From the NCBI GenBank assembly GCA_051294375.1, contig CM119268.1, forward strand, positions 1,462,549 to 1,526,548: DNA of 64,000 bases, written 5' to 3'. The DNA comes from Paraspadella gotoi. Taxonomy: Eukaryota > Animalia > Chaetognatha. Positions 38,575-53,290 of the stretch are shown here, piece by piece. The notes below the pieces were generated by a model, which was not told the DNA's origin, searched no databases, and saw nothing but the letters and a program-made list of their open reading frames with translations. Each line of letters begins with the position of its first letter. Positions within the stretch are counted from its first letter, which is position 1. A program made the translations under genes and the position numbers.

Positions 38575-39249
38575 CATGATGATGATCATGATGATGATCA
38601 TGATGATCATGATGATGATCATGATGGAGATGATGATGAAGATGATCATGATGATGATGATGATGATGATGATGATCATGATGATGATCATGATGATGAT
38701 CATGATGATGATCATGATGATGATAATAGTGTCTGTAGAATTATCAGTGCTGGTGATGGGTGTTTCGCTAATTGTTAATTATTGACCATGACTTTTTGTT
38801 AACGTCAAATTGCGAATAGTCTCGGCTTTTCCGTCAATGTGTATCAATGCTACTTCCATCCAAACCATTCTAGATTTCTCAACAACCTCCTCCACCGCTT
38901 CAAGGAAGGGCTCGTCCGCGATCTCTACACTTACTTCGAGGAATCCTGGAGCCTCGCTCTCTTCCACGACCGATTCCCCGATTTGCGGCGAGAGATGCGC
39001 GAGCTGCTGCTGCACCGACGACCCGGCGGCGACGGCGGCGCTGACGCCTCCGCACCGGAAGAAGCCTTCGGGACCCGCATCCGCGAGATCATCGAGGAAG
39101 ACTTGAAGATGAACGCCGACCAGCGACGCCAACTCGTGCAACAGTTTGTCGGGTCTAGAGCCAAAGCGGCGCTGGAGGAAAGGATCCTCAACTTCTTGAC
39201 TTACAATCGATATCATCTCCCGATGTACGCCAAAGCCGGGCTGGGGTAA
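25343..39249 (+). CDS. CFAP61: Cilia- and flagella-associated protein 61 (C20orf26 homolog), multi-exon; one internal exon is inverted
   Basis: Inferred exons: 25343-25368 (or unspliced start at ATG 25446), 25532-25793, 26004-26180, [32102-31773 on minus strand], 32775-32902, 33122-33629, 34773-34956, 35117-35287, 35525-36091, 36507-37270, 37481-37814, 38167-38444, 38874-39249; all GT-AG. Motifs recalled from CFAP61: RRTESLD, LLEKSVLAITL, TPLNCVFLHFFVA, ECFELGPLHGL, NAFCIQLFCI, EDFLYFAHHEREEHG, EPKVVVNARVVVVGAS, PYDHLVVCTG, DLYTYFEESW..ALFHDRF. Single-base indels near 34930, 35160 and 37490 are probably sequencing errors. Confidence 0.95.
31313..31330 (-). promoter_or_regulatory. Primer-binding site (tRNA-Trp-like)
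   Basis: TGGTGAGCCCGAACGTGA directly after the LTR, close to the Trp PBS TGGTGACCCCGACGTGA used by CsRn1-lineage elements. Confidence 0.65.
31333..31583 (-). repeat. 5' LTR of the Gypsy element (~251 bp)
   Basis: Begins TGTGGAGCG exactly where similarity to the empty-site copy (26479-26569) ends. Ends ...GGCTCGCACA, 2 nt before the PBS. Confidence 0.8.
31773..32102 (-). CDS. CFAP61: CFAP61 internal exon in inverted orientation
   Basis: The minus strand reads pyrimidine tract-CTCAG|CCCGTG...ACGCAG|GTGGGG. Allowing for several insertion errors it encodes PVLRTAFDAVPDLHYVVLRVP...CRRHSLAPVLSIR.ARVEDHDDLTP.F...YFLAELIETQ, the segment missing between ...ELLK (26180) and DESHRALVAE (32775). Confidence 0.88.
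36198..36390 (-). repeat. SINE-like dispersed repeat, with an inverted copy at ~2100-2172
   Basis: CTCAATGAGCCACCGGGTCA.GACTGAAGGT...TGCAAAT occurs at 36239-36305 and as the reverse complement at 2105-2171. (AACTC)n tail on the minus strand. Confidence 0.6.
38480..38725. repeat. (GAT)n/(GATCAT) microsatellite in the last CFAP61 intron
   Basis: Directly visible; it produces the poly-D/M/I ORFs in the track. Confidence 0.95.
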
Positions 39250-39809
39250 AAACATCAAGAGACGGCTGGGGTAAGGAAGGCGCTGAAGTTAAGGCGGTGA
39301 TGGGGTGAAAAGATGGAGAGATGGCTGGGGTAAGGAAGGTGCTGAAGTAAAGGCGATGATGGGGTGAAAAGATGGAGAGATGGGGCAGAGGGCGAATAGC
39401 AGAGCAGCTGTATCGAAAAGCTAGAAAAATGCTGGCCTGGAGGTGGTAATAATTAAAACCTTGCCAAGATGTTGTTTTTTATTTAAGATTTGTCATTGTC
39501 CGACAGACTTTTAATTCCGCTATATGTATTTATATTCAACTGCTGTAAAATATTCTTTTTTAATTTCATAATTTTTTTCTCTATTTTACAGTTACCATAA
39601 ATTTCATCCCAATCTCAAAAACTTTTTTTCAGTATCGCTTTACTTTCGTCTTCTATTGATAAAAAAAATCATTTATTATCCGCATAGATCATGAAAATTA
39701 ATTTTAATAGTAGAACTCGAGAAAACTGAAATAGTTTTTTAGAAAAATAGAGGGAGAACGCGACTTTTTTCAAAACAATCTTAAAACAACAACAACAACA
39801 ACAACAACC

Positions 39810-42073
39810 ATGAAGCTCCAACTGCACGTCAAAGGCCTCGCCAAGGACGCCGCCTTCTACCGATGCAAATACTGCGCCGACGACCTCTTGGCCAAAAACC
39901 CGAAGGCCTTTGACCCGCCGATCATCACCGGCCTCCAAGAGACCAACTGGGAAGCCTTCATCGGCGAGAAGAGACGACTGGTCCGCGGCGAGATGTGGGA
40001 CTTCGACCAACCGGTTCTGGTGGTGCTCAACACACAGATCCTCGGCGGGTTCGAGGAGCTGAGGGAATGGGCTGAGGAGAATTTCAACTACAAGGATCAA
40101 AGGCCGGACACTTTGTACGAGTTGCTCAGCGAGGAAGGTGAGCGACTGGAAGATGTGTCATTTCCAATCTTAAGATTTGGTGTTTGGTCAGATTTGGAAA
40201 AAGTTTTCCTCACCAAGCAATCTTTACACTTGTGTTCTCGTGTTCTCGTCCATCATCGTTCAGCCAATATCATTGGCTCAGATGTGGAACACACCATCCC
40301 AGGCGTTGTGTTCCATCCACATTCCGCAGTCCTAACGACTTCCCTCAACGTTGGCAAAGCGAGACCGTCCTAGGGTAACCGCGCCAGTGACAGAAGCGTC
40401 ACTGAGTGTCGGAAGCCCCCAAAGCCTGTGAGATACCCCATTCCAATGGGCATCAAAGGCCATTTATTTATATATACATAAATTTATTTATATGGACATT
40501 TATTTGTCATTAAATTAAGTGATATTATGGCAAAAAATTAAAGTCATCTTTTGTTTGTTATTTTTCACTAATTTATATTTTTTTTTCATTATAAAATTTA
40601 TATTAGAAATAAATAACTTAATTGTATTTCTTGGCCGTTGGATTCTCATTTATTCCTCACGACCTCAAACGTCAAGTCCCCCTTTCAACTATCAATGGAT
40701 AAGTATCAAAGCTTCAAGTATCCGATCACAGCCTATCTCCCCCCCCCCTCACAAAAGGCTACAAGAAGCACCTGGTGGAATCCAAACACGACTTCTGCTT
40801 CCTCGACATCCGGATCGGCGACGACCCCGCCGGACGCCTCGTCTTCGAGCTCTTCGCCGACGTCGTCCCCAAGACCTGCTTCAACTTTAAGGCGCTCTGC
40901 ACCAACGAGTGCGGCTTTAACTGCGAGGGGGTCAAGCTGAGCTACGAGGGATCCTTGATGCACAGGGTCGTGCCGAGCGGATGGATTCAGGGCGGAGGTA
41001 AGACGGGAGGGCGTCAAGATTTTGCCCGAGTAAAAACTTGATTTAAATCTATTCTACTTTCATTGAAAACTTGTTTCAACTATTCTATATTTATAGATTT
41101 TATAATAATTTAATGATAAATAAATACTAATTACTAAATACTATTAAATAGTGTTTTATTTATTTAGTTTAAAAGTCATTAATGAGAATTCATAACATCT
41201 AAGAGGCTGAACAGAAATGGGGTGGGAATAGATCATTTTTTCGGGAGACCAAGGTTATTCACGAATATTCTTTTAATAATACTATTTTATTCTATCTCAT
41301 TTCATTTGATTTCATTGTTAGGAAGGTTTTCTAACTTTCATTTAAATTAAATTTAAATTAAATTTCATTTAAATTTTTCATCGCAGACATTTTCTACGGT
41401 CACGGCGACAGAGGAGAATCCGTCTTCGGTCCATTTTTCGAGGACGAAAACTTCGCGATTCCTCATTCGAAGCGAGGAATTTTGGGAATGGCCAATCAGG
41501 TGAGGGTCTTTTTAGTATTGGCCAATCAGGTGAGGGTCTTTTTATAATTGGCCAATCAGGTGAGGGTCTTTTTAGAATTGGCCAATCAGGTGAGGATCTT
41601 TTCGACAATGGCTTGGGTATGGACCAATCAGAAATGGATGAAACCATCGTTTTGGAGTCGATCAATTCGGTCGAGACAAAGCGATTCACATCCTGTATCA
41701 AATATTAAACTTTTCGAAAATTTATCAATCAAATAACTTGAATATTGCACAAAAGTTTAACGGACTTATAGTGGTTTTCAAATGTTCAGCACATTTCTTA
41801 AAATGAACTAAATTACTATCATAACTTATCCTAAATCTTATATGACGATTTCAATCTCTTTAAAAGAGTCGACACACCAACGGGTCCCAATTCTACGTGA
41901 CCCTTCAACCGACGCCCTGGATGGACACCAACTACGTCGCCTTCGGCCAACTCGTCGAGGGCGGAGCTCTTCTCGATCGGCTCGAAGCTTTGGAGACATA
42001 CAATCAGAGACCAAAGCAGGACGTCGTCATCTCGGGGTGCGGAGTCTTGCACGAGGCGCCAGAAGATAGTTGA
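39810..42073 (+). CDS. PPIL6: Peptidyl-prolyl cis-trans isomerase-like 6 (cyclophilin family), 295 aa
   Basis: Exons 39810-40137, 40758-40997, 41387-41499 and 41867-42073 sum to 888 nt. PPIL6-type N-terminal extension, then a cyclophilin domain: GRLVFELFADVVPKTCFNFKALCT, HRVVPSGWIQGGD, FEDENFAIPHSKRGILGMANQ, HTNGSQFYVTLQPTPWMD, YVAFGQLVEG. Confidence 0.93.
40200..40460 (+). repeat. Dispersed repeat in PPIL6 intron 1, also at ~19465-19640
   Basis: Shared blocks CATTGGCTCAGA..GGAAC, CATCCCA.GC, CAGTCCTAAC, GTTGGCA.AGCGAGA and CCAATGGGCATCA.AGGC. Confidence 0.65.
41489..41602 (+). repeat. 30-bp minisatellite containing the PPIL6 exon 3 splice donor, ~4 units
   Basis: TGGCCAATCAGGTGAGGGTCTTTTTA(G/T)(T/A)AT repeated at 41489, 41519, 41549 and 41579. 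Confidence 0.92.
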
Positions 42074-43251
42074 TAAGAGTCTTGTTGGGGGGAATTTTGG
42101 ACGAGGTACCAGAGAAGAATGTAGGAAGGTGCTTTAGATCGAACAAAGTCAAAGAGGGATGCAATTTTTTCTGATATTCAACATCATTGAAAATTAATTA
42201 TAAAGATCGTCTATTTATAATTATACGTACATGCTCTGTAATAAAACTCCGATTAATTTTTTCTCGCAAGAAAAATAGAGATGAAAGATGATCGAATTAT
42301 CTTGGGAGAGAGAGAAGTTTTATTTACATATTGTAGTTTGTCAGCGTTGCCGTTGTTTATACTTTATAAAATAGGTTTGTACTACTATTTAGGAAAATTT
42401 TACTTTTGCGAGGAGATGGACTATTTTAGCTACGGCGTGAGTCCGACGTCGAGAAAATAAGTGTATCGGCGTGCTCGGCGTATATTCATTGTTCTCGCTA
42501 ATCAGATTTTTTAAATTGAAATGTCCGAAAATAAACTATTTTGGGACTAACTTAAAAAAATCGTTTGGATGGGTAAAAAAAAACAATTAAATGAAAATCA
42601 GTACACTTGTAAAAAGTTGTAATGACAAAACAATCAATTAAAAAGATTCACTTTCGTCAACCATGACCTTCTCGAATTTCTCGGAGAAGGCAGCATATGC
42701 TTTTGGGACTGCGCTCGTCGGTAATACTATCATTTCTGTCCTTATTGTTGCTGAAAAAAGGACGACAGTTCTTGAAGGGATGGTTAGGACATTCAGAAAA
42801 ACTGCTCGGCCAAAAGTCAGAAGTCATTATCCTTCATCTTGATTTTAGCCAAAATTTCCATAAATTTTGTAAGGAAGTGGCGCGAAGAAATTTGACATGT
42901 TATGCAAAAAGCTTGAATTACAGTAGTTGCTGTCGGATTTTACAAAAGTTTTTGATGTCGATCAAAAGAAAATTTAACCTAGTTTCCAAATATAGTCCCT
43001 TTTTTTCTATCATAAACCGTTTTTGTGCTGGAAGCATTTGAAGTTAGTCCCATTAGAGCTGGACCTCCCTGTATCGTCAAATTTTCGAATAGGAGCGAAT
43101 TCGCAAAATCGCAAAAAAGATCACAACTTTGTTTTGTTTTGTCAGTTTTTTTACTTGGGTTAATATTCGAAATGTAATAAATAACGGAATGCGTACAACG
43201 AATGCAAATCGAACGAATTTCTCCTCTCGACAATTACTCCCGATCAATGAA

Positions 43252-45606
<2,355 letters not shown>

Positions 45607-46633
45607 TTTGAAATTTTGTTCGTCGGCTTTTAATATATTCTATTTAACTTTATTAAACTTCGGGAAAATTAAATCTTAAGAAAAACTCGTTGTTTGTCGT
45701 CAACATTTACAAAAATTCGAATTTAAAAAAAAAAATTTTCTTGAAATTTTTTTTTTTTATTTTCGAGAAAAGGAAGAAAGAATTAAGAATTGAAGGCGCG
45801 TCTTTTAAATTTATTTTTTATTCGATCTCTCGATCAGACGTTTAAAACGTTGCTATTTTATCAGTACCACAATAAGTTCTTTGGAAAAGATAACGAAAAG
45901 AAATAGAAACCAACGATCGACAATTTTTTTTTTCGAAATTCGACGGACTTTAACCGATTACATCTAAAATTAACGCGGCCCGGTATTACGCTCAAAATAT
46001 GCTCGATACGGGCCCAATAGGTTACTAGTTTCGAGTCGAGTTCCCGTCAAATCGGGCTTCGTCGCTCTTTCCAGCGTGTTCGTATCCGAAAGGAAAAGAG
46101 AAGGAAAAAAAAAATCGCGAAAATTGGATTTGTCCGAATGACTCAGAATGAAAAACGATCGTAGTTCGGAAAAAAGAAATGATGCTGGCCAGCAGCCAAA
46201 CGAAAATTTACTCATTAGGCAAACAATTATTAGTGAATTTAAAGTCGAAATTTGGCAACGTTAAAATTTGTTTATGGTGTTTAAAAATCTTACATGCCTG
46301 TTTTATTTAAAAGCACGAAAGTCTGAAATATTTTATAATTTTAATTATAATATTATATATAATTATTAAAATATATATATTATATATAATATTATATTTA
46401 TAATATTTATTATTTTTTTAAATAGCCTAGGGCCCCAGAGATATTAAATAATGAACCAATACGAAGAAACTTTTAACTTTTAACTTGCTGAAAAAAAAAA
46501 GTTTGAGGAAATTGATTAAATTCACTACCGTTTCTGGGGTTAACATATTTGTTCTTTCTATAAATAATTAGTTTCATTCCTCTTAAGATTAACGATAATT
46601 ATCTTCTCTCTCTCTTTCACTCCCCCCCTCTAG

Positions 46634-49600
46634 TTACTCTCCCCCCTTTTCTTCCCCCTTCTCTTCCTCCCTCCCCGACTTCCCAACTCTCTCGTGGATG
46701 AGTTCGAGGATGAAGTCCAAGAGTTCGACGACGCTGAGCAGAGAAGCGCCGATCCAGATGCCCAACACTCCGCCGATTTCGCCGAGCAGCTTGAAGACTC
46801 CGTGAGCTCCTTCAAGAGCAAACGTAATGAAAATGGATGACAAATTATTCAATATCAAACTTTTGTCTAAAAACTTTTTTTTTAAGGAATGAACAGAAAA
46901 AGAGGAAACCAAGATTAGAGAGGTAAGCGACTGATCAATCCAGTCGCCTCGAAAAACTATCTTAGTACTTACCCATTGGGTAAGTCAAGGACGTCCTCAC
47001 TTCGGCGTATTCCATGGCGTCGAGATAGACGTCGATTCGCGCCACGTTTCGCCGGAAGTAAGTTTCCAAGATGGCGTCGTCGCGACAGACGTTGGTTTTG
47101 GGCGTGGCTTCGTTTTGTCGAGACGCGTCGCAGAGATGAGATTTCATCGTTTCGATGGCGGCGAGACCCTGAATTTAAGAATAAAAATTATTCAAATTGA
47201 ATAAAAAGTGAATACTCTTTATGCATAGCATGATAGCTTTTTTGTCAATTTTTATCCCTTGGCACGAAAAAGGTGATGAAAAGAAACTGACCTCCGGCCA
47301 GGCCATTGAAGACGAGGTGACCATCATCTTCATCTCTTCGCAAGGCAGATGGCAATCGCAACGTTGGTTTTCTGGCAGACATTCTTTCTCCAGACTTTCG
47401 ACGAGTGACAAGTAATGGGCGGTCATGTTAGGAAAAAGGTTCTGGCGGGAAACGAAAATTGAAACAAGGATAAACTTTGCAATCTTTAACTTTAGGAGAA
47501 TCGTAGATCGTTACTTAAAAGTCGCTTTTTTATTTATTTCGGTTTCTCATATCGCTATAATTATGAAATTGGTACAACCAATATAAACCTTATACATTCA
47601 TTTAATAAATAAGCTATTTCGCCTCTGACTTTGGTTTGAGGTTCTGAGGTATCTTTTCATTCATAATTTCTGTATGTTTTAGTGACTTTTTTTTATCCAA
47701 GAATTCCGTTTGAATGCTCTAAAAAAATTTCGTAATTTTTATTTTCTTAATTTACGATTCTCTTTTTTTTCCCCTTTTTTTCCCTTTTTTTTTCCTTTTT
47801 TTTTCCTCACTTTCCACTCTGAACCGGAAATGACGAGTTTGTTGATGTAGCAAAAGAAGAGATCCGTTCCGTTGATGGAGAAGTCGCTGGAGTCGACGCC
47901 GACTCGACGCTGTGAGAAGTCGCCGCCAAGCAGACGGCAAATGTCGAACCTGTCGAGACATTTGTGGAGTCGGCAGGATCTCCAGCAAAGATCCACGGTG
48001 TAGGCAGATGGGTAGAACATCGCCATAGAGTTGGGATAGGCTTTTTGTGTAAGTTTAAAGGACTGACCCAATTAACTGTCGTTACCCATGCCATGCCATG
48101 CCATGCCAAATTACAAATCAAAGCCTAAGTTTGTTATCGCAGTAAGATTTCAGGTGTTTCACCTTTATTTATTTTTTTTTTTTTTTTGGTCTTCGAATTA
48201 AATGAAATCTTTTTTTTTTTAAATTTAAATTAAAATTCTGGCCACGCTCAACTCGCTCACCCTCCATGCTGACGTTACACATTTCCGACGGATGGTCTCG
48301 TTCCCTCTTCATGAGCGTCTTCTTGACCTGAACCGAAGCGGCTCGTCCGACTTCGACGTTGACGAAGTTGTTCTGATCGTCCGGCGGCTGGAGAGGATCG
48401 TGGACGAAGACCTTGAAGCCGCGTTGGGCGTCTGCAGTGGGGAGTCCGGGATGGAACGTGTCGTCCTCGAGATCGAGAACGAGGGAGAGTCCGCCTTTGA
48501 AGGATGTTTCGACTTTAAAGAATTTCTTAAACCAGACTCACTGCATTTTACATCATTTATCTTCATTTCTCTTGGGCCATTGGTTTATTTTTTGGTTTAT
48601 TTTTTCCCCCCGTGTGTCCTTATTGATTTAACGCGACGTGGGGGGTCTTTGAAATTTTTTAACCTCGTTTCTCTGGCAACATATTACGGTGGATTAAAAT
48701 CAACCAACCCTTCATCAGCGGCCACTGGTGCGTGAGGTAAGCCATCCCCATCCCACACAAAGTTTCGGGGGTTCTAGCCCGATGGTCGCCTAGCAGACGC
48801 TTAACCTCCCTGTAACACGTTGTTACATTCTGATCCGAAGCTCAGGGACTGCTTATATTAAATGGTTCTGTCATTAACTCGTAACAATTAATTCTGTCTC
48901 TTCAATATCTATATTTTTCTACGGCTTCACTCGACACTCGGTTTCCTCCCTTTTTCTCCCTCTCACTCGCCCTCACTCGCCCTTACCTTCCCCCTCATCC
49001 CCTGTCACTTACCGTTTCCCTTTTCTTCTCCACCCCCCCACTCTCTCTCACCCTGCACTCCCGCGTGCCTCGTCCACTGGGCACCGTCCCCGTTAAAAGT
49101 GACGCAACCTCCCAGCATCGGAAATTCAGTCAGCGACGCCACGCAGGAATTTCGATCAAAGGAACAGAATTTAACCATCGAATCGACGGAGAAAACGTTA
49201 GAACTGTAAGGATTTGAGGATTTTTCAACTTCATTTGCATATTGCAGTATTTCAAATTTATAAGCATGATCGTATTTTAACCGAGCATATTTTCCTTGTA
49301 AGTTTTACTAGGGTTTTCTTATCGGTGAAGGCTGACTTCGGTTCTTCGTTTTACTTTTATTCTGATCGTCAGCACTCAAATCATTATTATTATGTAAAAA
49401 AAGTTGTTATTAATAGGTTACCAACATACACAACCCATAAGCTACATCTTAGTAATCATCAGTAATGCTCTAAAAAACAAAATGGAAACAAAATGGAAAC
49501 AATGAAAAAATCTGAACGGTCCAATAACGGCCTTTGACGTATCGCATCGGTCGTTTGACTTGCCATGTAATAACATAAGGCTTTTTTATTATATCATTAT

Positions 49601-50840
49601 GATCTTAGGTGTTCCATTATCTAATTTGAATAGGGTTTATTTAGTCCCTTAAAACTCGGGTAGTTCAGAATGTTCTTTAGTAGTTCTTTAGTTAATAACA
49701 CACCTGTCGAGAAGATAAAAGAATGACTGAACCCCCCTCTCCAAATCCTTGAAGTAGTCGACCAGACCCGAGTGCCTGAAGATGCCCGTTGCTATGGCGA
49801 CGTCGCTCCTGACGCAAGAGAGAAGCATCATGTTGAAGATTTGTCGGTAAGTGATCACTCCCACTTCGAGGTGACGGTCAGGCTGAAAGTTGATTTCTAA
49901 GAGACGCTGGGCGCGACGGTATTCTTCAGGCGTCAGGCGCTCGACGGCGGCCAGGCATTGAGAATGGCTGGGAACCGTACGGCAGACCGTGACGGCGGGG
50001 AAACGAGCCGAGCCTTGAGGGAAGATGGCGGCGAGGGATTTAATAAAGATTTAATAGGGATTTAATAAAGATTTAATAGAGATTTAATAAAGATTTAATA
50101 AAGTTGGCGCGAAGGATTTAATAAAGATTTGATAAAGATTTAATAAAGATTTAATAAAGATTTAATAAAGATGGCGGCGAAGGATATGATAAAGATTTAA
50201 TAAAGATGGCGGCGAAGGATTTAATAGAGATTAAATAAAGATTTAATAAAGATGGCGGCGAAGGATTTAATAAAGATTTAATAAAGATTTAATAAATATG
50301 GCGGCGAGGGATTTAATAATTTTATCTTTTATGTATTTTACGTAAGAGTAGGAACGGAAGGTGACTACATATCTCGGTGGCCTCATCGGCAACAATGGGA
50401 CCAGAATTGTATTTGGCTTACGTTGTACAAATGACCTTGTGGGCACGACAAGCAACAAGGCCCGACAAGCATGACAAAGAACAAGGAAGCCGTTTACCTG
50501 CGGGAGCCTGGAGATCAGCTATACAGTAGTTGTTTTTTGTAATTTTGCAGATCTCTCTTGGAACGCTTTCAACCCGCCCCCCCCCCCTTGCCATTCCAAA
50601 AAAAGAACAAAGAAAATCACCGTTAACCGGCGGCGCCATTTTCACCGTCGTCGTCGTCGGATACTCGAGATAGGCGTTGACGGTACGCCACGTGGAGAAC
50701 GTCAGCAGAGTCAACGACGCCAAAATCAGACTCGACCACAAAACGAGTTTGAATCTGGAAGAGCCCGTGAGGTGTTGGAATCCGTGAGCGGAGCAGCGGG
50801 AGAAGAAATCGACTAAGCGATCCGTGATCGGGGGTGTCAT
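46634..50840 (-). CDS. DEG/ENaC/ASIC family amiloride-sensitive channel subunit, 555 aa
   Basis: Exons 50840-50621, 50013-49704, 49203-49052, 48494-48261, 48040-47811, 47441-47292, 47168-46973 and 46809-46634 sum to 1668 nt with consistent phases. Motifs: SAHG, TM1, YLEYPTTT, FPAVTVC, GCVTFN, GFKVFVHDP, CDCHLPCEE, SSMAWP and TM2 LLGEIGGVLGIWIGASLLSVVE. Confidence 0.93.
48688..48905 (+). mobile_element. tRNA-derived SINE, family A, copy 1
   Basis: B-box GGTTCTAGCCC at 48770-48780. The body (TGTAACA..TGTTACA, GCTTATATT.AA.GGTTCT) is shared with two minus-strand copies at 59.3-60.0 kb. Confidence 0.7.
50022..50320. repeat. Composite minisatellite (GATTTAATAAA x n with GATGGCGGCGAAG) in DEG/ENaC intron 1
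   Basis: 11-bp AT-rich units interspersed with a GC unit, abutting the exon 2 acceptor. Confidence 0.9.
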
Positions 50841-51824
50841 CGCTGAAGGCTCTCTCGGGGGTGTTGGAGTTTAGAGTGGAAAACAAGAGAACAGACTGTG
50901 AAGTCGAATCGAGAAAACAAAATGGCGGATCCGTGAGTCGAGAGAAGAAATTATGATTATTATTATGTATATCAAATAGCAGACGAATTAAAAAAAAAGG
51001 AAAAAAATACGAGAGTGAGAAAAAACTGGAGGTGAGGCAAGGTGAGGTGAATTCGGGTAGGGAAAGGAAAAAAAAATCCAAGGAGGTTATGACGACAATT
51101 GGAGGTGAGGTCGGAGAACGAAGAATAAGGCGAGTGAATTCACAACATTCACAACATTCTATCTCTGCGGCGTCCTCGGCGGCGCCGGCTGCGGCAGCGG
51201 CTGCTGCGGCAGCCATTGCTGCTCTCGGTGACAACGTAGTGACGCGTTTTACTCGATTTTCTGTGACGGAAACCGAAGCCGAAAATCAAATTATATCCGG
51301 CGACGGATCCGAGCAGCTCCGGATCTGATCTCCGGATTACACGCAATGATATACAAAAATATTCTCATCATAAATGAGTTTTTGTGGGGTTTTTTTACTA
51401 TATCAGTACACTACTTGGTATTATAACGAAATGTCCTCTCATTTTCGATCCGATGTGAGCTAACCTACAACAGTTCATAACTTCATATACTTTTTTTCAA
51501 TACAGTGAACGATAGGTTGCTATTTAAAACTAATTACTTTAATGATTAAAGTAAAACCTTACCAAAGACGTTTTGTTTTAATCAAAAGCTAGCAGTAGTA
51601 ACATTTCACAGAATAACCGATAGATTTAAATTATAAGGGTAACCAGAAGCAAACAATAGTGGTTTTTTTTTTGGGGGGGGGGGTTTCGATTTTTCATAAA
51701 ACGATTTCCGATTCCTGATCGTATACTCGTGAATAAAAACATACCTTAAAATTAAAATAGATAGCTAAAATTTACGCGTCTTTTCCGTCTCCAAAAAAAA
51801 ATTAAAGGAAATATTCTTTCCTCC

Positions 51825-52470
51825 TTAAATAATAAAACTTGCGCTGTATACGTCATCGTATACGGAACCCGAATCCACGACGACTTCAACTCGGAATGCT
51901 TTGTCGTCGTCGTCGTTGTCGTTGTCGTCTTCGTCGTCGTCGTCGTCTCCTTTGTCATCCCCAACGACCAACAAGTTGTCGGTCTCATCCTCTTCATTCT
52001 TATCCTCGACTTTACCGACATCCTCGTCACCCGACGCCCTCTCCTCGTCGGTCTCCACTCCCGCTTTCTCGTCCGCCATCGCCGCGCCAATCGCTTTGTC
52101 GTCGTCGTCGTCGTCCCAATAGCCTTTGGTCTTCTTCGTCGTCGTCGTCGTCGTCTTCGTCGCCCCGCGGTCGAGACGGCGTCGACATTCTTTACACTCC
52201 AACTCCACTTTGACCTGAATCTTCTCCTCGGCCTCTTCCGGGAGGAGGAAGAGGAAGGCGAGGAAGAGGACTTGGACGAGGATGATGAGGAGGAGGAATC
52301 TCTTGAAGGCGATGAAGGTGGAGTAGGAGTAGGAGGAGGAGGATGAGGAGGAGGAGGAGCCTGTGATGAAGCGAAGAACATCAGCAAATTTGTCGCGAAG
52401 AAATTTCCTGTTGAGGATGAGAGATCCGCTGGGTGGAGTCAGGGGTTTGCGTTGGGGCTGTGGAAGAAAA

Positions 52471-52555
<85 letters not shown>

Positions 52556-53241
52556 AAGGGTGTTAGACCAGGAGAGCGAGAGACACTGAAACCATGATTT
52601 GTCTCACCTTTTACAATCACCGTCACGTTCGTGAGACGAGCCAATCCTCTTCCTCTTTCTCCTTCGTTCTTTGACGTCGTCAGGATTTCCACGCGAAAGC
52701 ATCGAAGATCATAGGAAGCCGCTGACGCCGCCTTCGACGCCGCGGCGCCTTCCTCCCGCGGCGTCATTCTCCTCCATTCTTCGTCGCTCAATCGCTCGAT
52801 GTGAACGACGCCGGAGAGCGGCGTCTCACCGACGGCGGGGCAATCGACGAAGCCAAGAAGTCGAATCGACGCTGCCATCTTATTCGCTGTCGGCGACGCC
52901 GCGTCGGCAGCTGACTCCGCCGCTGCTCTGCTCTTTAACGCCTTCAAAACTTTGCTGCCGAAAATCGCGACGGAATCGTCGATGGAGTAAAAGTGATCGG
53001 CGGCGCTCTCGGAGGCGGCGGCGCTCTCGGAGGCGGCGGCGCTCTCGGAGGCGGCGGCGCCATTGAAAGCGGCGCCTTCGGAAAAGGACGGAGTTGTGGA
53101 GGTGAAGTCTGCTTCTTCAGGTTTTTCGACGGGGACGGAGAAGAGAGACGACGACGAAGACGACGACGACGACGACGACGGTGGTACTGGGTTCGCTAAC
53201 AAGAATAAAAACAAAATCATAAAATCATCCCTTAATTTTTG

Positions 53242-53290
<49 letters not shown>

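Noticed and set aside
48675-48722. Second hammerhead-like motif on the minus strand (CTGATGAAGGG...CCACCGTAATATGTT)
   Set aside because: GAAA is replaced by GTAA, stem II does not start next to the core, and the two sister copies lack the core.
50370-50530. HDV-like ribozyme or snoRNA in DEG/ENaC intron 1
   Set aside because: I could not build the nested double pseudoknot or find properly placed C/D or H/ACA boxes.
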